The notes below the pieces were generated by a model, which saw nothing but the letters and a program-made list of their open reading frames with translations, searched no databases and was not told where the DNA came from. From positions 32,001-96,000 of the IMG/VR virus record IMGVR_UViG_3300025534_000004: a stretch of 64,000 bases of DNA; one strand, given 5' to 3'. Below are positions 1 to 9,929 of the stretch, piece by piece (position 1 is the stretch's first letter; every line of letters begins with the position of its first letter). This DNA is from a virus. The position numbers and the translations under genes were made by a program.

Positions 1-517
1 CAATGGCATCGTTCAGGGTCAGATGCTTCTCCCAGCCGCGTCCGTGCTCGATCTGCTCCGATGACAGCAGGTCATAGGCGAAGCGGTGGACCATCATGAA
101 CCCCACCGGCTGTCTGCCATCGATGGTCTTGGTGCCGCCATTTTCGTCCGCTACCGTAATGCCCGGCGCGTGAACCAAGACGCGGCTCTCGTGGATGAGG
201 TCCAGCAGTTTCTCGATGCTCAGGTCGGCTTTCGATACCGCAAGATCATGAAGTTCGTTCTCGACGAGGTCCTCGCGGAAACCCGCGATGATGAAATCGG
301 TGTTCCAGTCCTCCGACCATCCCTCGATGCCGCCATAGTCGTTGTAGCGGCCGAAGATTGGCAGGGCGCGCGGCGACCAGACCGCATTCGGGCGGCAGTG
401 GCCCGCATGATTTTCGTGCTGACTGTTGGCGACGTGGGTAATCAGGATCAGCGCAACCGGATCATCGTAGTGGATCGGCAATTGCGTGACGCCGCAGGTC
501 TCGTTCCAGCTACCCAT
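1..517 (-). CDS. Conserved phage hypothetical protein, truncated by window start (MGSWNETCGVTQLPI...FGRYNDYGGIE)
   Basis: Manually translated open frame from ATG 517 with GGAGGAG RBS; no stop before base 1; not in ORF track. Confidence 0.65.
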   Translation of the reverse strand, partial: MGSWNETCGVTQLPIHYDDPVALILITHVANSQHENHAGHCRPNAVWSPRALPIFGRYNDYGGIEGWSEDWNTDFIIAGFREDLVENELHDLAVSKADLSIEKLLDLIHESRVLVHAPGITVADENGGTKTIDGRQPVGFMMVHRFAYDLLSSEQIEHGRGWEKHLTLNDAI

Positions 518-584
518 GGGGTGGGCTCCTCCAAATCCGTTCATGGAAAGGGCTTTGTGCAGGGCGTTCTATGCCCTTCGCGGT

Positions 585-1094
585 TCAACCGCAACGCCGG
601 ATCGGGCGGATGACCTTGCACTCGAAATTGGTGCAACCCATGAAGGGGCCATACTTGCCCTTGCGCTCGACCAGCAGGGCGCGGCAACCGGGGCAGTGGT
701 GGTGGGCATCCAGCACATATTCGCGGGCGGCCCTGATCCGGGCCTCAAGGTTCAGCAGGGCATTCTCGGTGCGAAGGACGCGCGGGAACCCCATCACCAC
801 CCGCGCCCGGCCATCTCGGTCGAGCATCTGGGTGTCGATCAGTTCGACGCGGATCGCGTCGGCGCCGCGCTCACGGGTGACGCCGTCCCGCTTGTCCACC
901 GACGAGAACACCACCGCCGCGAAGCGGCCGGGGTTCGGCCCGGCCTTGATCCGGCGGCCATAGACATGCTCCTCGAAATTGTTCTTGGTCAGAGCCTTGA
1001 AGCCCATCTCGGCCATGGCAGCGGCGAAGGTGTCGAAGCTGATGGGGCGGTAGCGGCTACCGGTGGTCTCGGCTTGCTTCCTGATCGCGCTCAT
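585..1094 (-). CDS. Hypothetical protein with C-terminal topoisomerase-type C4 zinc ribbon
   Basis: CPGCRALLVERKGKYGPFMGCTNFECK motif; GGAGG RBS; upstream TTGCAC-N16-TAAGCT promoter. Confidence 0.7.
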   Translation of the reverse strand: MSAIRKQAETTGSRYRPISFDTFAAAMAEMGFKALTKNNFEEHVYGRRIKAGPNPGRFAAVVFSSVDKRDGVTRERGADAIRVELIDTQMLDRDGRARVVMGFPRVLRTENALLNLEARIRAAREYVLDAHHHCPGCRALLVERKGKYGPFMGCTNFECKVIRPIRRCG

Positions 1095-1264
1095 GAAATG
1101 GCCTCCAATCTCCGACCAGCTTAGCTATTTTTCGGTTTGGTGCAACCTATTTTTTTGGTTACATCATCCTCTAACCAACAAAACGTCCAACCAAAACGAC
1201 GTTTTTTTGGTTGACGGGTGCCGGGATCGCCGTCAGATTGGCCTCACAGCGCAAGGAGCGGCCT

Positions 1265-1705
1265 ATGGACCTGATTGCCAGAATCGTTCGTCTCCACGCT
1301 TCCGTGGTCGATGCCGCCGCTCGCTACCACGCCATCTCCCCCACCGAGGGTGTCCCCGGCCACCTTGCTGCCAAGAATGCGATCAAGAACGAGGCGAACG
1401 TCATCGCGAGCAGGCTGTTCGGCCTGATGCTCGACGATAACCACGGCCTGCCGACCATCGTCGAAGCCAAGCCCCACGCCGTCGGCCCGATGGAAAACCG
1501 TCCGGCGACGCTCAGGGACAAAGCCGCCTCTGCGGCGGATGTCGAGGCGGCGTTACGGTCCATGCGGTTGCAGTTGGTGCCGCTTGCCATCTTCGCCAAC
1601 CTGCTCTCCGTCCACAAGGTGCCGCTCGACCATGGGCACCCCGCCTTCGCCCCTAAGTGGGACCGTTTCCGCGATACGTACAGGGAGGTCGTGCTTGCCT
1701 GCTGA
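1265..1705 (+). CDS. Hypothetical protein
   Basis: AAGGAG RBS before ATG 1265; GC3-rich codon usage. Confidence 0.6.
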   Translation: MDLIARIVRLHASVVDAAARYHAISPTEGVPGHLAAKNAIKNEANVIASRLFGLMLDDNHGLPTIVEAKPHAVGPMENRPATLRDKAASAADVEAALRSMRLQLVPLAIFANLLSVHKVPLDHGHPAFAPKWDRFRDTYREVVLAC

Positions 1706-1726
1706 CACCGGCCGCACCGGCTTGCG

Positions 1727-1762
1727 AAGGGCGTTCGGCTAAATAGGCCGAACGCCTTTTCT
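1727..1762 (+). terminator. Hairpin GCGTTCGGC-TAAATAG-GCCGAACGC plus T-tract; the loop holds a late promoter
   Basis: 9-bp perfect stem followed by CTTTTCT; TAAATA at 1740-1745. Confidence 0.6.
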
Positions 1763-1780
1763 CTTTGAGACTGCAAGCCG

Positions 1781-3322
1781 ATGAATGACATTCGCCGATT
1801 TCTGGACATCGTCAATGCGCCCCTGACCGAGGGTGTCGCCATTCACAATGTCCATCATCTTGCTGCCTTCGCGGTCGCCGTGGCCGAAGCCTATGACGCC
1901 GCGCCGCGCTTCGTCGAGAGCGACCGCAAGCCGTGGGACATCCTGAACCAGCACAACAACGAGGTACTATTCAAGCGCATCGAGGGCAGCGGCGTGCATG
2001 TCGCCTTTACGCCGAATGACCCATACGACGATGGCTCAGGCGATGTCGGCATGATGGTGCGCCGGATGCTCTGGGACATGGTGATGAACAACCGGCTGCT
2101 GATCTACAGCGGCCATTCCGACGATCATCCGGTGTTCTCGCCCAAGGACAACGTGATCTTCCGCACGGTGCATGACTACTACACCCATGGCAAGCTGCGC
2201 GCCGTGGTGAAGAAGCAGGCGCAAATGCTCGGCCTCCGTGCGGGCGCGCAGCCCAGCGATGAGGACCTCAAGCGCATTCTGCCGCATATCAATCTCACCA
2301 AGCACGGCAATGTCGGGCACGCCTTCACGATCCGTGGCGAACTGAACTCCTACAACACGCACCGCAAGCTGGCGCCTCCGGCCGCCGCCCCAGCCCTCTT
2401 TACCGAGATCGTCGGGCAGGTCTGCTACAACGTCTGCGTTGGAGACTTCCCGCAGCAGAAAGTCGTGATCCTGCGCGATTTCGATTTCGAGAATGTCGGC
2501 CTTGCCCATGACGGCACTCGCGGCGCCAAGCGCATGGACGAGGTGATGAAGCTCCTGAGCGAGGGCGCCGAAACCATCAAGAGCAGCATCAAGGCGAAGC
2601 CGGTCATCGTGGTAGCCGAGCTTCTCAGGACCGTTTCGCGCAACAACAACACCTTCAACACCATGGAGGGCACTGACCGGCCGCTCGGCCTGCTTCGCCA
2701 GCTTCATGAAATGGTGTCGCTGCCTGTCGAACTCGACGAGGCCAGCATGGCGCGCATCATCGGGCACCTTGAGAAGGGCACCCCCTTCATCCAGCTAAGC
2801 GCCGCCCGCGCGGGACTGTCGCAGCGCCAGATTCACGCCCGCAACAAGCAGGTGATCGCCGCGCTGCGCGCCTTCCATCTTGGTCCCATCGACACCTTCG
2901 GCGGCTGGGACGAGTACGATCCGGAGACCGGAAAGCGCAACCGTGTCCGCGAGGAAAGCCTGTTTGTGCCGCTGAGCCACAAGTCGGACCTGTCCGGCGA
3001 CGAGTTGTTGGAACTCGGCGAGTTCCTCGGCCGCCGCTTCAATCAGGATGCCATCATCTATGGCGACGGGGAGAACGTGTTTGTGGTCGATTACGTACAC
3101 AACAAGATCGACCACATCGGCACTTACGACACTGTGGACATGCACGAGATGCCGTTTGGCTGGACTGCCGTGAAGCAGGACAGGAAGTCCGATGGCAACA
3201 TGTGGGCTTGGACATTCCCCGACGAGGATCACGCCAAGAGGAAGGCAGCGCGCAAGGGCTCCTTTGCGGACCTCGACCGCAAGGCCAGCCGCCTGCCGCC
3301 CGATATGCCGGGCGCGCTTTGA
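1781..3322 (+). CDS. Two-domain putative virion internal protein (N-terminal FRxVHDxxxH zincin-like domain; C-terminal EESLFV...QDAI DUF3293-like domain)
   Basis: 513-aa ORF; late TAAATA promoter; leader MNDIRRFLDIVNAPLTE. Confidence 0.6.
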   Translation: MNDIRRFLDIVNAPLTEGVAIHNVHHLAAFAVAVAEAYDAAPRFVESDRKPWDILNQHNNEVLFKRIEGSGVHVAFTPNDPYDDGSGDVGMMVRRMLWDMVMNNRLLIYSGHSDDHPVFSPKDNVIFRTVHDYYTHGKLRAVVKKQAQMLGLRAGAQPSDEDLKRILPHINLTKHGNVGHAFTIRGELNSYNTHRKLAPPAAAPALFTEIVGQVCYNVCVGDFPQQKVVILRDFDFENVGLAHDGTRGAKRMDEVMKLLSEGAETIKSSIKAKPVIVVAELLRTVSRNNNTFNTMEGTDRPLGLLRQLHEMVSLPVELDEASMARIIGHLEKGTPFIQLSAARAGLSQRQIHARNKQVIAALRAFHLGPIDTFGGWDEYDPETGKRNRVREESLFVPLSHKSDLSGDELLELGEFLGRRFNQDAIIYGDGENVFVVDYVHNKIDHIGTYDTVDMHEMPFGWTAVKQDRKSDGNMWAWTFPDEDHAKRKAARKGSFADLDRKASRLPPDMPGAL

Positions 3323-3495
3323 TTTCTTGATCTTCCGGATGGCACCACGTTATGGTGGTGCCATTCGAGAAGGTCATTTCAGCCCATGGGCAAGTTTGAA
3401 TTGTCGGAGAACGCCTGCGCGGACATCGCGAGTGTCACGGGAATTGTGCCATCCGCCCACCATGCGTGCCTGATGCGTATCGAGAAGGCCGCCGC

Positions 3496-4041
3496 ATGAC
3501 GCCCCGGATTATCATCGAGAACCCCGGCTCGGATGCGGTCGAGATCGATTTCTGCGGCCGGTTGGTCTGCAAGGCCCTTGGGAACAGCATGGTGCTGGCG
3601 GGGGATTATGATCCCGCCCAGCTTTGGCTCCCCTTCATCAACGCACTGGTCATCGACACCCGCCCGCCACCGTCGCCGAAGCCCAAGCACAATCCTGAGG
3701 AGGTCGCCAAGCTGGCGACCAAAACATGGGCCACGGTAGCGGATGAGGATCGGGTGCTGTTCCGGCCGGAGCGAGGGGTGCCGCAGTATACGCTCCCCTT
3801 CCTCGACCATCAGCGCCTCACCAAAAGCGAGTTCAAGCGCATCAAGCAACATGGCTGCCCGGCATGGGACACCATGGCCGATGGCAGGCCAATCGAGGTC
3901 GCGTTCAAACCGACGCAGAGGTCGGAACTGGAAGAATGGTGCCGGAAGAACTGCACCGGCAAATACCACCTTCGCTCCACGAGGGCCTATTTCGAACGGT
4001 CGCGTGACGCCGCTCTGGTCAAGGTTACATTCGGCTGCTGA
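3496..4041 (+). CDS. Hypothetical protein with C-terminal EWCxxNC...FExxxDAxxxKxxF motif
   Basis: ORF track; motif shared with other small ORFs in the window. Confidence 0.6.
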   Translation: MTPRIIIENPGSDAVEIDFCGRLVCKALGNSMVLAGDYDPAQLWLPFINALVIDTRPPPSPKPKHNPEEVAKLATKTWATVADEDRVLFRPERGVPQYTLPFLDHQRLTKSEFKRIKQHGCPAWDTMADGRPIEVAFKPTQRSELEEWCRKNCTGKYHLRSTRAYFERSRDAALVKVTFGC

Positions 4042-4053
4042 GGCTGTGGCGGA

Positions 4054-4656
4054 CTAGCCGCCACATGCCGCACGAGCACGCGCCATCTCCGCAGCGTTGT
4101 TCCGGTCCACGGTGGCGCACCAATCCGGGCGGAGGAACACGTTGGAGTCGGGCGTGACCACGACCGTATTGGCCGCATGACGTGGCACGGCAGGGCGTGC
4201 AGCAGGTGGCACCTCGGGGAGCATCCCGTCGGGCAGGTCGGCCGCGCAGGGCTGGCGGATGCGCCGAAAGGCGGCTCGCACCTCCTCATTCGCACACAGA
4301 ACCTCCTTCGCAGCGGCAACCATGCCCATCGTGTAGAGCGCCCCGGCCAAGTTTCGGCGTTCGCAACCGCTGTCCGTGTAAGTCATCCCGCCAGCAAGCC
4401 CGAAACCGGGGAGCCCGACCCCGGCCGAGACGCCGACAGCGCAAGGATTGGTGCCCGCGAAAATACCCGGAGCCCCCGCGTCCGGGGTATTGCGGAGCGT
4501 CTGCGTGGAGTGGGCGGGCGCGGTGGTGTTGAAATTCAGCATCGGCGCCGAGATCGCCTGCGCAGCCGACTGGGTATCGTTGGTGCTGGAAACCTGCGCG
4601 CGGGCGGTCCCACCAAACACAACCAGCAGCGCAGCGACGGCGAGAAATTTGTTCAT
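4054..4656 (-). CDS. Secreted Cys-containing phage protein
   Basis: Signal peptide MNKFLAVAALLVVFGGTARA; PC..GVS.G...D..CERR...LYTMG...C motif. Confidence 0.65.
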   Translation of the reverse strand: MNKFLAVAALLVVFGGTARAQVSSTNDTQSAAQAISAPMLNFNTTAPAHSTQTLRNTPDAGAPGIFAGTNPCAVGVSAGVGLPGFGLAGGMTYTDSGCERRNLAGALYTMGMVAAAKEVLCANEEVRAAFRRIRQPCAADLPDGMLPEVPPAARPAVPRHAANTVVVTPDSNVFLRPDWCATVDRNNAAEMARARAACGG

Positions 4657-4720
4657 GACGAGCGTGGCCTTTGCCGGAGACAGGAAGAAATGGGCGACGG
4701 TTTCCCGTCGCCCGCTCGGA

Positions 4721-5176
4721 TCATCGGCCAAAGATGTTGTTGCCGAAGCTGCCGAAGGCAGTCCCGGTGAGGCCACCGACCAAGTGACCGGAGAAGCCGG
4801 TGGCCCCGGCGCTGAACGAGGCAGCGCCGTCCGACCAGCCGGTGGCGCCGAACCGGCTCTCGGTGGTCACGCCCGCATTGCCGGTCTGGAAGCGGGAGTT
4901 GGTGCTCCCGGTGATCCCGTCCACGGTACCGGCCTGCTGGGTGCGGCCCCACTCATTGCTGGCGCCGAAGGTCGTGGAGACGCCGCCGAAGGACTGGCTC
5001 TCCGCACTGCCCCAGCCGGAGCCGGACGCGAAGGCGCCGCCCTGCTGGATACCACCGGAGATGAAGCCTGCGGCCCCACCACCGAAATTCGCACCGAAAT
5101 CGGCGGCGGAAGCGGCGCCCACAACACCCATGGTCAGGACGGCAGCGGTGAACAGGTTCAAGCTGAGTTTGCGCAT
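4721..5176 (-). CDS. Secreted Gly/Ser/Phe-rich low-complexity protein
   Basis: Signal peptide ending ASA-A; Gly-rich mature part; upstream TTGACC promoter with 18-bp box. Confidence 0.6.
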   Translation of the reverse strand: MRKLSLNLFTAAVLTMGVVGAASAADFGANFGGGAAGFISGGIQQGGAFASGSGWGSAESQSFGGVSTTFGASNEWGRTQQAGTVDGITGSTNSRFQTGNAGVTTESRFGATGWSDGAASFSAGATGFSGHLVGGLTGTAFGSFGNNIFGR

Positions 5177-5277
5177 CGTCAAATCACTTTCAGAATGGCG
5201 TTGAAGCCGGGTCGTCCCCAGCGCCCGTCGCTTCTTGCAGCGGGCCGGGCTTACATAGCGCATTTCTGAGATCGGTC

Positions 5278-5295
5278 AACCAAATTAATTCGGTT
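5278..5295. promoter_or_regulatory. 18-bp palindromic box AACCAAATTAATTCGGTT overlapping the -35 of a leftward promoter
   Basis: One-mismatch palindrome; the same sequence recurs reverse-complemented at 11743-11760. Confidence 0.65.
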
Positions 5296-5463
5296 CCGCG
5301 TGCCTACATCATGCCATGCCTGCAACACCTTCGCTCGGCGGGATGGCAAAACCCGCTTGTTTGAACCGCGGAAATGCGGTATAGTACCACATAGCACACG
5401 TCTGATCTCAGGCCCTTCTCTGGACGCGCGTTGGAACGCTTACCAGCCAGAAGGAGAAACGAG

Positions 5464-5838
5464 ATGTACTATGGTGCGTTTGCCTCGAAGGAGGACGTGT
5501 GCAAGGAGTTCGAGATCGATGGCATTGAGGGCACTGTCCTCTTTGCCGCCTACGATCTCGACGGGTACGAGGGCTCCGCCGTCGTACTGTTCGTTCGGGA
5601 TGGGAAGTTCTACTTCGTCTCGGGCAGCCATTGCTCGTGCTACGACCTTGAAGGTCAGTGGTCGCCCGAGGAGATGGAGCTTGAGGCATTGCTGCACATC
5701 ACCCGCAAGGGTGGTTATGTGCCCGATGCCTATAAGCCTCAGTTGGAGGCTACCCTCCGGGTGGTCGAAGAACTGATGCTCGAAGGGGCTCCCGAACTTC
5801 ATATCGAGATCGCGGTGCGCCTTGCGTTCACCGGATGA
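5464..5838 (+). CDS. Conserved phage hypothetical protein (YEGSA...GSHCSCYDLEGQW)
   Basis: AAGGAG RBS; promoter TTGTTT-N17-TATAGT upstream; terminator downstream. Confidence 0.75.
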   Translation: MYYGAFASKEDVCKEFEIDGIEGTVLFAAYDLDGYEGSAVVLFVRDGKFYFVSGSHCSCYDLEGQWSPEEMELEALLHITRKGGYVPDAYKPQLEATLRVVEELMLEGAPELHIEIAVRLAFTG

Positions 5839-5840
5839 AT

Positions 5841-5880
5841 GAAACCCGCCGAGGTCACCTCGGCGGGTTTCGTCTTTTCT
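5841..5880. terminator. Intrinsic terminator between convergent genes
   Basis: GAAACCCGCCGAGGT-C-ACCTCGGCGGGTTTC stem followed by GTCTTTTCT. Confidence 0.8.
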
Positions 5881-5943
5881 CGGAAAGGCGCCCGTTTCAG
5901 CATCCCGGCCCGAAGCGCGATTTCTGGACAGACGCGCCGCTCG

Positions 5944-6173
5944 CTACCGCTTGCCCTTCCCCAAGCGGTTGCCGAACAGGTCGGTACTGAACGGAGCGGA
6001 CGTTTTCGGCTCCCTCGCCTGTTGCTGGTCGGCCTCCATCCAGCCTTCCCGAATGAAGGGATCGAATTTCGGTTTGCCGTGAGGACCGTCTTGAGTGCGG
6101 TTCCATGCTTACGGGCATGACGGCCGATGGACCGCCAGATATCCTCGCTGGTCAGGGCATTCACCTCGCTCAT
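5944..6173 (-). pseudogene. Small hypothetical gene with an apparent single-base frameshift
   Basis: MSEVNALTSEDIW...NSIP continues plausibly as FIREGWMEADQQQ...TDLFGNRLGKGKR* in a shifted frame near 6060. Confidence 0.4.
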
Positions 6174-6472
6174 ACCCGCTCCACGATGCGGTCACCCCAG
6201 AGCGCCATGAACAGCGCCATGGCCGGGCTGTCTTTCGGAATCCAGATCACGTCGCAAAAACCACGCGTCACCGGATCGTAAAGCACCTGTTTGGTGCAGT
6301 CCTTGGTGAGGCTGTCAAGGAGGAGTTCGCGCACCTCCTCGTCCTCGGGGGTGACGCAAATAAGCTTGAACCCGGCGTATGTCGGGTTTCCGATCACGCG
6401 GCCGGACAAATCCCGGCGGAAGTACGACACGATCCGCATGAACAGCCTTCTGCAACAGGGTAGAAGTCCCAT
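6170..6472 (-). CDS. Hypothetical protein
   Basis: ORF in a co-oriented operon with overlapping stop/start. Confidence 0.55.
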   Translation of the reverse strand: MGLLPCCRRLFMRIVSYFRRDLSGRVIGNPTYAGFKLICVTPEDEEVRELLLDSLTKDCTKQVLYDPVTRGFCDVIWIPKDSPAMALFMALWGDRIVERV

Positions 6473-6501
6473 ACCATGAAATTCGGGATACGCAACGGCA
6501 A

Positions 6502-6798
6502 TTAATCGGTATCAGGGCTCGCCTCGTTCAGGTCCGGATTGGCAAGCTCCCGCAACACCATGGCATGACACAATTTCGGGGCGCAGAAACAGACAAGGTC
6601 CTTGCCGCGAAGCTCATGGATGCGGGCCATGAGATCGGGCTGCTCAAGCACCCATTCGCAGTACAGGCGCACCACGGTCTCGCGGTCGCCGTCCCGCCCG
6701 ACGCGGAAGGGATTGCCCCATGGCGAACCCCGGCCGACATAGACAGCACCGGACGGGATGCCATGAATGTGCTTGTTGAGCACCCGAGGATAAGACAA
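6502..6798 (-). CDS. DUF4326-family protein
   Basis: VYVGRGSPWGNPF...LRGKDLVCFCAPKLCHA signature. Confidence 0.85.
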   Translation of the reverse strand: MSYPRVLNKHIHGIPSGAVYVGRGSPWGNPFRVGRDGDRETVVRLYCEWVLEQPDLMARIHELRGKDLVCFCAPKLCHAMVLRELANPDLNEASPDTD

Positions 6799-6937
6799 TC
6801 TGAAATGCTTTTCCGTGAAATGCGGTCAATCTTACCAGATTGTTCCAGTTCATCTCAACCGCATTTTCGCGCCGGATCGCCGTTCCGAAATGACGGCGGC
6901 GGTTTCTCACATACGCCAATTCAGTTCAGCCGCAGGG

Positions 6938-7726
6938 TCAGACCGGTTCGCCGCTGCGGATGTGGGCGATGGCCTCCTCGGCGGTCTTGAAATCGGTGGG
7001 ATACACCGACCCGTCAGGACGGGTGATCTCCCAGATCTCGCGGAACTTCGCGCCCACCCACGGGGCCGTCGGGAGGCCCATCTTGACCTGAACCTCATAG
7101 ATGCCGTCCGGCGTGATCACTCTGATCCGTTGTGAACCGATGCGCTGAATGCGCTCGATAGTGCGCGGCTGCGGCTTCTTCCGGAGGAAGGGGATGTTGA
7201 ATTCATCTACCCGCTCGCCATTCCGCTGCGCCTCCGCAGCGGCAGCCTGCATCTTGCGCGCGCTCTCCGCATCGTTGAGCAGCGCCTTAAAGCCGAAGTG
7301 CAGCGGCGACGGCCAGTCGCCCCATGCGCACCAGCGGTAGCCCTGCGTCTCCCAGTCGAGCTTGGGCGTGAACTCCTCGTCCACAAGGACGAGGAAATTG
7401 CTGTATCGGAAACTGCCCCGCTTGAACACGTAGAGCGGAATGACCTCGAAATCGCCGTCGTATCCGGTTTCCTCTCGCGCCTCGCGCTGCGCCGCCTCGG
7501 CCGGGTCCTCGCCCCGGTCAATCGCCCCTCCCCAAGTGCCCCATGATCCGGGCTCCTGAACGTGCTCCGAGCGATGGGCGATCAGGAACCGACCGGTGCT
7601 GCGGGCCATGAATACACAGCCAGCCCCCTGCGCACCCCAGAAGCCGGTGTCGCGGAGTGCCTGAGCGTGCAGATGGTCGTCCATGCCTTCGCGCAGCCCG
7701 TCGGCGAACAATTCGTCAAGACGCAT
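6938..7726 (-). CDS. Nudix hydrolase with virion-leader-like N-terminus
   Basis: Nudix box GGAIDRGEDPAEAAQREAREETG; leader MRLDELFADGLRE. Confidence 0.85.
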   Translation of the reverse strand: MRLDELFADGLREGMDDHLHAQALRDTGFWGAQGAGCVFMARSTGRFLIAHRSEHVQEPGSWGTWGGAIDRGEDPAEAAQREAREETGYDGDFEVIPLYVFKRGSFRYSNFLVLVDEEFTPKLDWETQGYRWCAWGDWPSPLHFGFKALLNDAESARKMQAAAAEAQRNGERVDEFNIPFLRKKPQPRTIERIQRIGSQRIRVITPDGIYEVQVKMGLPTAPWVGAKFREIWEITRPDGSVYPTDFKTAEEAIAHIRSGEPV

Positions 7727-7732
7727 AGCAGA

Positions 7733-8398
7733 TTACTCCTCACCGATAAAGTCGCGGGCCTGCCGGACAAGCTCGGCGCGAAGGTCCTGATCCACCTCCA
7801 TCGGTTCGCCATCGGCATCCCTCACGTCCACCAGCTTGATCACAAGGCCATTACCCCGGCCGCGATAGCTGGCCGTGGCGGTGCCGTGCTGGCCGTCCGC
7901 ACGCCACGGAAAATTGTAGGTACCAAAATTGGAGCGAATCTCCTCGTCGTAGCTGTCGGCCTCATCCACCCCATCGAGGTCGTCCTCCATGAGGTAGGCG
8001 AACCGCGCGAGCGCCGCCTGCTCATCCGGGGTCGTCCGCAGCAATTCGCGGAGCTTGGCCGCCTCGCTGCCTTGCAGAAAGACCTCGCGGCCGGTTTCGG
8101 CATCGCGCACGGTCACATTGCCAAGGATATCCCCTTCGTAGGAAAACCGCTTGCCCTCGACCACCGCCTTGTAGCTCTCGCCGAGGTCACGCTGTTCGCG
8201 GCGCAGCTTGGAGACGAGGCTGTTGATCAGCATCGGCACCTCATCGGCGGCGATGCCGAAGCGAGCAGCGACTTTCTGCATACCCGCCTGCGTCAGACGG
8301 ATGCCGGTCATGATCTCCTCATCGGAAATCCCGGCCTTGGTCAGCATCGCGTGCAGGCGGTCGAGGATGGACAGATCGGTGCCGCTCATCTCATTCAC
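7733..8398 (-). CDS. Hypothetical acidic late protein
   Basis: ORF coupled to 8395-9192 in a TAAATA-driven operon. Confidence 0.7.
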   Translation of the reverse strand: MNEMSGTDLSILDRLHAMLTKAGISDEEIMTGIRLTQAGMQKVAARFGIAADEVPMLINSLVSKLRREQRDLGESYKAVVEGKRFSYEGDILGNVTVRDAETGREVFLQGSEAAKLRELLRTTPDEQAALARFAYLMEDDLDGVDEADSYDEEIRSNFGTYNFPWRADGQHGTATASYRGRGNGLVIKLVDVRDADGEPMEVDQDLRAELVRQARDFIGEE

Positions 8399-9192
8399 TC
8401 CCCGCGCAGGCCCTTGATGGACCGCGTGAGCACGACCTGCTTGCCGTCCTCGTCCGTGTAGACGCGCTTCACCGTGGCGGTATCGCCATCAAGATTGCCC
8501 TGCTTGCTCACGCCCTTCGGAAGCCTGCCGATCACGCTCGGCTTGTCCTCGATATCCTTATTGAAATCGGTGGTATCCTGCGTCGGCTGTTCCTGCCCAC
8601 CGGTCTCGGCCTTCTCGGGAAGGTTGAGCCACGAGAAGGCGGGAATACGGCTCACCGTCTTGGCGAGGTCCTTTTCCTTCTCCTGCCGGACCTGATCCAG
8701 ATAGGCGAGGAAGGCGCTGTTGGCGGCATTACCATAGAGTTCGGAACCGTCGCGCGCCTCGACCTCGGGATACTCGCCCGTGGTCAGGATCGCGGCGGCA
8801 GGCTTGAGACCACGCTTCGCGGCCTCGGCATCCATCTCGGCCACGGCCGCAAGGCGCTCGTTCTCAAGTTCGGTCGGATCGTTCTCGCCGCGCGCAATGA
8901 CGAAGCTTTCCGGCGCGCCGAGCACATGCGCGATCTCACGGGCCAGCACATAAGGGCTGGCCGGGAGCGCGAAGGTCATGTCCACGATGTAGACCTCGGC
9001 ATTCTCGACCTGACGGAAATCCAGAGGATGGCTCTGGAACATCGTTTTTTTCGGGCGCGAGATCGAGAGCGGATGATACTTGGCGACGGTGCGCTCAATC
9101 AGGTCCATCGCCTCGTCATCGAGGAGCACAACGGTCTTGAGCCGGACATTGTAACGCTTCTCGGCTGCGGAAAGGTAAGTCTTGATGTCCAT
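8395..9192 (-). CDS. Conserved late, putative virion protein
   Basis: 265-aa ORF; TAAATA at 9218-9223 (minus); MDIKTYLS leader. Confidence 0.7.
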   Translation of the reverse strand: MDIKTYLSAAEKRYNVRLKTVVLLDDEAMDLIERTVAKYHPLSISRPKKTMFQSHPLDFRQVENAEVYIVDMTFALPASPYVLAREIAHVLGAPESFVIARGENDPTELENERLAAVAEMDAEAAKRGLKPAAAILTTGEYPEVEARDGSELYGNAANSAFLAYLDQVRQEKEKDLAKTVSRIPAFSWLNLPEKAETGGQEQPTQDTTDFNKDIEDKPSVIGRLPKGVSKQGNLDGDTATVKRVYTDEDGKQVVLTRSIKGLRGE

Positions 9193-9271
9193 GGCGGGCC
9201 TCGAAAATCTCGTCGGCTATTTATCGAATGTCGCCGCCCGATGGACGCCACGGATGGTCCACCGGACTGCT

Positions 9272-9664
9272 CTATTCGGAGAGCGTCATCATTCGCATGA
9301 GGAAGATGTCGTTGTCCGAGAAGCGCAACACCGTCCTCCGCATCGGCATGGCACCGTATGCGTTCATGCGGCGCTCGATGTAATCCGGCACCCTGATCTT
9401 CTCATTGTACAGCCGCTCAACACTCGGAAAGACCTCTTGCAGGATGAGAAAGTCGCTTTTGAGCAAAGGAACGTGACACGCGCTCCGTGCGCCGTTCGGA
9501 TGGAAATCGCCCAGTTCGACGGAATAGGAACTGAACAGTCGATCCTCCTTATGGGTCAGGATGATACACCAGTGACCACGTGGACGGATATCGGCACCAC
9601 CGTTGTTGCTCGGGAAACAAATAAGGATGTCCCGCTCACCATTTACAAAGCCTGCATAGCTCAT
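9272..9664 (-). CDS. Hypothetical protein
   Basis: ORF track; C-terminal LRFSDNDIFLMRM motif. Confidence 0.55.
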   Translation of the reverse strand: MSYAGFVNGERDILICFPSNNGGADIRPRGHWCIILTHKEDRLFSSYSVELGDFHPNGARSACHVPLLKSDFLILQEVFPSVERLYNEKIRVPDYIERRMNAYGAMPMRRTVLRFSDNDIFLMRMMTLSE

Positions 9665-9890
9665 TCTTGGCGCTCCAACACTTCAAGGACGGAATAGGCG
9701 AGTGGCGTTGGTTGCCATGTCCATCGGCCCGATGGTGGCTTGCCGGTGTCATGGACTCGCGCAAGACCCATGTCGCGGAGTTGCTTCATCCCTTGATGCA
9801 GGTGCCATATCGGGCACCTCCGCGTCCGAGAAGTCGGAGTGCCCGCTTTTGCAAGCGGGTGAGTTGGGCAGCTATGGCTTCGGGCGTCAT
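9661..9890 (-). pseudogene. Frameshifted small wHTH-like gene
   Basis: GAGGAG RBS; MTPEAIAAQLTRLQKRALRLL..CIKG* then, in a shifted frame, MKQLRDMGLARV..WQPTPLAYSVLEVL. Confidence 0.4.
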
Positions 9891-9929
9891 CACAATGGAC
9901 TCCTCAAATCACGTTTTCGGGCCAGATTA

